From positions 512,001 to 576,000 of the forward strand of contig CAVQNG010000025.1 of NCBI GenBank assembly GCA_963713825.1: a stretch of 64,000 bases of DNA, written 5' to 3'. The notes beneath the pieces were generated by a model, which was given only the letters and a program-made list of their open reading frames with translations, was not told the origin of the DNA and did not search any database. Both the position numbers and the translations under genes were made by a program. Below are positions 59,775-64,000 of the stretch, piece after piece (position 1 is the stretch's first letter; every line of letters starts with the position of its first letter). The DNA comes from an uncultured Acidobacteriota bacterium. Its GTDB lineage: Bacteria > Acidobacteriota > Thermoanaerobaculia > Multivoradales > JAHEKO01.

Positions 59775-60260
59775 ATGGGATTTTTCGATTTCATGAAGGG
59801 GTCTGGGAAGGACGTCAAAGCTCCGGAACCCAAGGACATGACTCAGCAATACAGCGCAGCGGAGAAGCAGGACATCAACAACCGGCGGCGGGCCATGGCC
59901 CTCGCCAACGAAGTCGAGAGTCTTGGGCTGGAAATCCAGGAGCTGGCGGTCAAGGTCGATGGTGACGTCGCCACGATCAGCGGTACGGTCGCCGGCCAGG
60001 CCACCAAGGAGAAGGTGATTCTGGCCGTCGGAAATACCGTCGGAATTGCCAGGGTCGACGATCGGATCGAGGTAAGCGCTCCTGAGCCGGAGGCGCAGTT
60101 CCATACTGTAGCCAGCGGTGAGAGCCTTTCGTTGATTGCCAAGAAGTACTACGGCGATGCGATGAAATACCCGGTCATCTTCGAGGCCAACAAGCCGATG
60201 CTGACCGATCCGGACAAAATCTATCCAGGTCAGGTTCTGCGCATCCCGCCGGTGGAGTAG
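59775..60260 (+). CDS. BON + LysM protein (YgaU/Kbp-like)
   Basis: BON domain, then LysM (HTVASGESLSLIAKKYYG...IFEANKP...IYPGQVLRIP). Confidence 0.9.
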   Translation: MGFFDFMKGSGKDVKAPEPKDMTQQYSAAEKQDINNRRRAMALANEVESLGLEIQELAVKVDGDVATISGTVAGQATKEKVILAVGNTVGIARVDDRIEVSAPEPEAQFHTVASGESLSLIAKKYYGDAMKYPVIFEANKPMLTDPDKIYPGQVLRIPPVE

Positions 60261-60336
60261 GACGTCAAGGCCGAAGAGCTCGGCCGAGCGCTCGACTGAC
60301 TGGGGTATAGTCGGCGGCCCTAGAGGCCGGCCGAGA

Positions 60337-60366
60337 GGGGCGCTGGTTTGGGCGTCCCGTCTTTTT
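60337..60366 (+). terminator. Possible intrinsic terminator between the LysM gene and mscS
   Basis: GGGGCGCT/GGCGTCCC stem followed by GTCTTTTT. Confidence 0.4.
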
Positions 60367-60402
60367 GCCTGTCAAATCGATGTTGACCGGAGGGTAGATG
60401 AC

Positions 60403-61233
60403 ATGAATATCGAGGAAGTTACGGCTGTGTCCGTGGAGCTGCTCACTCAGTGGGGTCTCAAGGTCGTCGGTGCCATTGCGCTGTTGATCATCGGCCGCAT
60501 GGTCGCTGGGCTACTCCGCAAGCTCACCCGCAGGGCCATGACCAAAGCTGAAGTCGATGCGACTCTGATTCCGTTCTTGAGCAGCATGGTTTACTACCTG
60601 GCGATTGCGGTGGTTCTCATCGCCGTGCTCGGTCTGTTCGGAATCCAGACGACTTCGCTGATCGCCATTCTCGGTGCCGCCGGCCTGGCCGTCGGTTTGG
60701 CGCTGCAGGGTACCCTGTCCCACTTCGCGTCGGGGATCATGCTGTTGATCTTCCGGCCCTTTCGGGTGGGTGATGTCGTCGAGGTTGGCGGTACCCTCGG
60801 CACGGTGCAGGAGATCGGTATTTTTACGACCACATTGACCAGTCCCGACAACATCAAGATCACGGTGCCCAATTCTCAGGTCTACGGCACCACGATCAAG
60901 AACATGAATGGCTACGAGACCCGCCGTGTGGATATGGTCATGGGAGTCTCCTATGACGACGACCTGGGGCTTGCCATGGAGACCATGCGGCGCGTGATTC
61001 AGGAAGACGATCGCGTCCTGGCAGATCCAACGCCACAGATCGCGGTGGCCGAGCTCGGCGACTCTTCAGTCAACTTCGTTGTCAGGCCGTGGTGCAAAGC
61101 TGAGGACTACTTCGGCGTGAAGTTCGATCTGACGCGACGATTCAAGGAAGAGCTGGAGGCCGCCGGTTGCTCGATTCCCTTTCCACAACGCGATGTCCAC
61201 CTGTATCCGGAGGCCGGGTCAGCTGAGATGTAG
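60403..61233 (+). CDS. mscS: Small-conductance mechanosensitive channel
   Basis: GAAGLAVGLALQGTLS, RPFRVGD, IPFPQRDV. Confidence 0.93.
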   Translation: MNIEEVTAVSVELLTQWGLKVVGAIALLIIGRMVAGLLRKLTRRAMTKAEVDATLIPFLSSMVYYLAIAVVLIAVLGLFGIQTTSLIAILGAAGLAVGLALQGTLSHFASGIMLLIFRPFRVGDVVEVGGTLGTVQEIGIFTTTLTSPDNIKITVPNSQVYGTTIKNMNGYETRRVDMVMGVSYDDDLGLAMETMRRVIQEDDRVLADPTPQIAVAELGDSSVNFVVRPWCKAEDYFGVKFDLTRRFKEELEAAGCSIPFPQRDVHLYPEAGSAEM

Positions 61234-61367
61234 CAGGCGGCCGTCTGGAGCCAGGCGAAATCTGAGAGTTGCTGTCTCCTTAGGCTGGGTGCCAAGGGAG
61301 AATTTGCGACGAGTGGAGAACGAGACTGGTTGACGAGGTTCGAGTTTGCTACTATTCGCGACTGCGT

Positions 61368-61454
61368 GGAGGTGTAGCCGAGTGGTCAAAGGCAGCAGAC
61401 TGTAAATCTGCCGGGCAAAGCCCTACGGTGGTTCGAATCCATCCACCTCCACCA
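61368..61454 (+). tRNA. tRNA-Tyr(GTA)
   Basis: Long variable arm, CT-GTA-AA, CCA end. An extended -10 (TGCTACTAT) lies upstream. Confidence 0.96.
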
Positions 61455-61466
61455 TTTTCTCTTCAA

Positions 61467-61541
61467 GCGGGAGTAACTCAGTGGTAGAGTCTCGGCCTTC
61501 CAAGCCGTTGGTCGCGGGTTCGATTCCCGTCTCCCGCTCCA
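61467..61541 (+). tRNA. tRNA-Gly(TCC)
   Basis: Cloverleaf, CT-TCC-AA, CCA end. Confidence 0.96.
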
Positions 61542-61728
61542 TTCTGAATCCCGAGCCTCGTTCCCGAGGAGACTAGAGGCCCCCCGGGCTCCCTGCAGGA
61601 GCTGTCGGGTCTATTGCCGGCTCCTGGGGTTGTGGAGATGGTGGGAATCTGAGAGACTCCCGCTGCGCATTGCGACGCCCCCCGGACAGGCCCTCAAGGG
61701 TCGGCGGGATGGTCAAGGAATTCGGGGC

Positions 61729-61757
61729 TTTACAGGCGTAAAAAGAAGGGCTATACT
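61729..61757 (+). promoter_or_regulatory. Sigma70-type promoter for tRNA-Thr(GGT)-tuf
   Basis: TTTACA-N17-TATACT. Confidence 0.7.
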
Positions 61758-61819
61758 CACAAATTCCGCTAGCCGCTCGAAGGATGCCGAGTGGCAAGGG
61801 GGTTTGCGGTCTAGCCGAC

Positions 61820-61894
<75 letters not shown>

Positions 61895-61981
61895 GGCGCA
61901 CCGAGACACTATTGAATTGAAATTGAACCGCTGCAACTACCTGCAGGGTCGCTAACCTTTCAGGAGGAGAACGGAACCGCC

Positions 61982-63175
<1,194 letters not shown>

Positions 63176-63210
63176 GGGGTCGACTCGAGAGACAGGTAGG
63201 GGGGCAGTAC

Positions 63211-63287
63211 AGGCCAGTAGCTCCAACTGGTAGAGCGTCGGTCTCCAAAACCGAATGTTGGGGGTTCGAATCCCTCCTGGCCTGCCA
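63211..63287 (+). tRNA. tRNA-Trp(CCA)
   Basis: Cloverleaf, CT-CCA-AA, CCA end. Confidence 0.96.
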
Positions 63288-63413
63288 TCGTCTCCACGGG
63301 TTTTGTTGAAGAGGTTGTAGAGATTCTGAGACTCACTAGTCTTGGGCGAGGCTCGCAAGCCGTCCGGGACGTTGGGAGTCGGAATCGATGACTAGCCGTC
63401 GAGAGGCCAGGAC

Positions 63414-63626
63414 GTGGTATCGATCAGCGAAGGCTACAGGAAGATCAAGACTTTCTTGTCCGAGACACGGTCGGAGTTGAAGAAGGTGACCTTCCCGCCG
63501 CGGGACGAGGTGATCTCCACGACGATTGTCGTAATTATCACCAGTGTCATCTTCGCCTTCTATCTCTGGATGGCCGATATCGTGATCATCAAGCTCTACG
63601 AAGGCATTATCAGGGTGCTTGGATGA
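63414..63626 (+). CDS. secE: Preprotein translocase subunit SecE
   Basis: ELKKVTFP plus one TM helix; lies between trnW and nusG. Confidence 0.93.
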   Translation: MVSISEGYRKIKTFLSETRSELKKVTFPPRDEVISTTIVVIITSVIFAFYLWMADIVIIKLYEGIIRVLG

Positions 63627-64000
63627 TGACTACGGCGACAGGCAACGAGGCCAGCAATGGTAGTGCAGAGCCGGGGAAGCCGGGCATGAGGTGGTACATC
63701 GTTCATACCTATTCCGGCTTCGAGGACAGAGTCAAAGAGACGCTGCGCCAGCGAGCCGAGGCCCTGGAGATGGGCGAAGCTTTCGGTGAGATCCACATTC
63801 CCACCGAGACCATCGTCGAGTATCGGGGTGGCAAGAAGAAGGAGACGCAGCGCAAGTTCTTCCCTGGCTACATCCTGGTTGAAATGGTGATGTCGGACGC
63901 CGCCTGGCACGTGGTCAAGAACACCCCGAAAGTTACGGGGTTCGTCGGTAGTGGCAAGAAGCCGACGCCGCTGACGCAGGAAGAGGTCGAACAGATTCTG
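63623..64000 (+). CDS. nusG: Transcription factor NusG (partial, runs off the window)
   Basis: WYIVHTYSGFE...KFFPGYILVEM...VKNTPKVTGFVG; not in the supplied ORF track because it is incomplete. Confidence 0.95.
   Translation, partial: MMTTATGNEASNGSAEPGKPGMRWYIVHTYSGFEDRVKETLRQRAEALEMGEAFGEIHIPTETIVEYRGGKKKETQRKFFPGYILVEMVMSDAAWHVVKNTPKVTGFVGSGKKPTPLTQEEVEQIL

Noticed and set aside
61280-61296. GGGTGCCAAG as an att remnant of the tRNA-Thr(TGT) 3' end
   Set aside because: The match is too short and gapped to separate from chance.

Overview
This is a high-GC bacterial chromosome window; gene content and style suggest Acidobacteriota, possibly Thermoanaerobaculia-like (inference). Bases ~27-12487 are a ~12.2-kb integrative element bounded by a 228-bp direct repeat. 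The repeat holds the 3' end of a host gene, the tRNA promoter and the 5' 64 nt of tRNA-Lys(CTT), which is the reverse of the usual 3'-end duplication. The element encodes an intact tyrosine integrase, an AEP-type primase/Rep with PriCT-like and HTH domains, a ribbon-helix-helix protein, and about 11 mostly membrane or secreted cargo genes. The cargo is punctuated by three gapless copies of an unrecognised 88-bp repeat (GCCGG-N7-CCGGC core plus G-rich tail). One copy truncates a gene, and an apparent repeat-free version of one site also exists. This is the best candidate for a new cassette-like system. The rest is mostly core genome: tRNA-Lys/Leu, tig-clpP-clpX-lon-engB-rho, mqnA-mqnC, rsmA, ftsK-fmt-rsmB, moaC, serA, ddl, rlpA, purB, argF, coaE, folD, menG, rplM-rpsI-rpsB-tsf-pyrH-frr-ispD-ispF-rlmB, and tRNAs-tuf-secE-nusG. 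Other notable non-coding features are a DnaA-box cluster at ~27.6 kb, a divergent pair of structured RNA candidates at ~41.5-41.9 kb sharing CCCCATGGAA, and a 7-kb stress-gene islet splitting the Thr-Tyr-Gly-Thr tRNA operon. All calls come from reading motifs by eye; no database searches were run.
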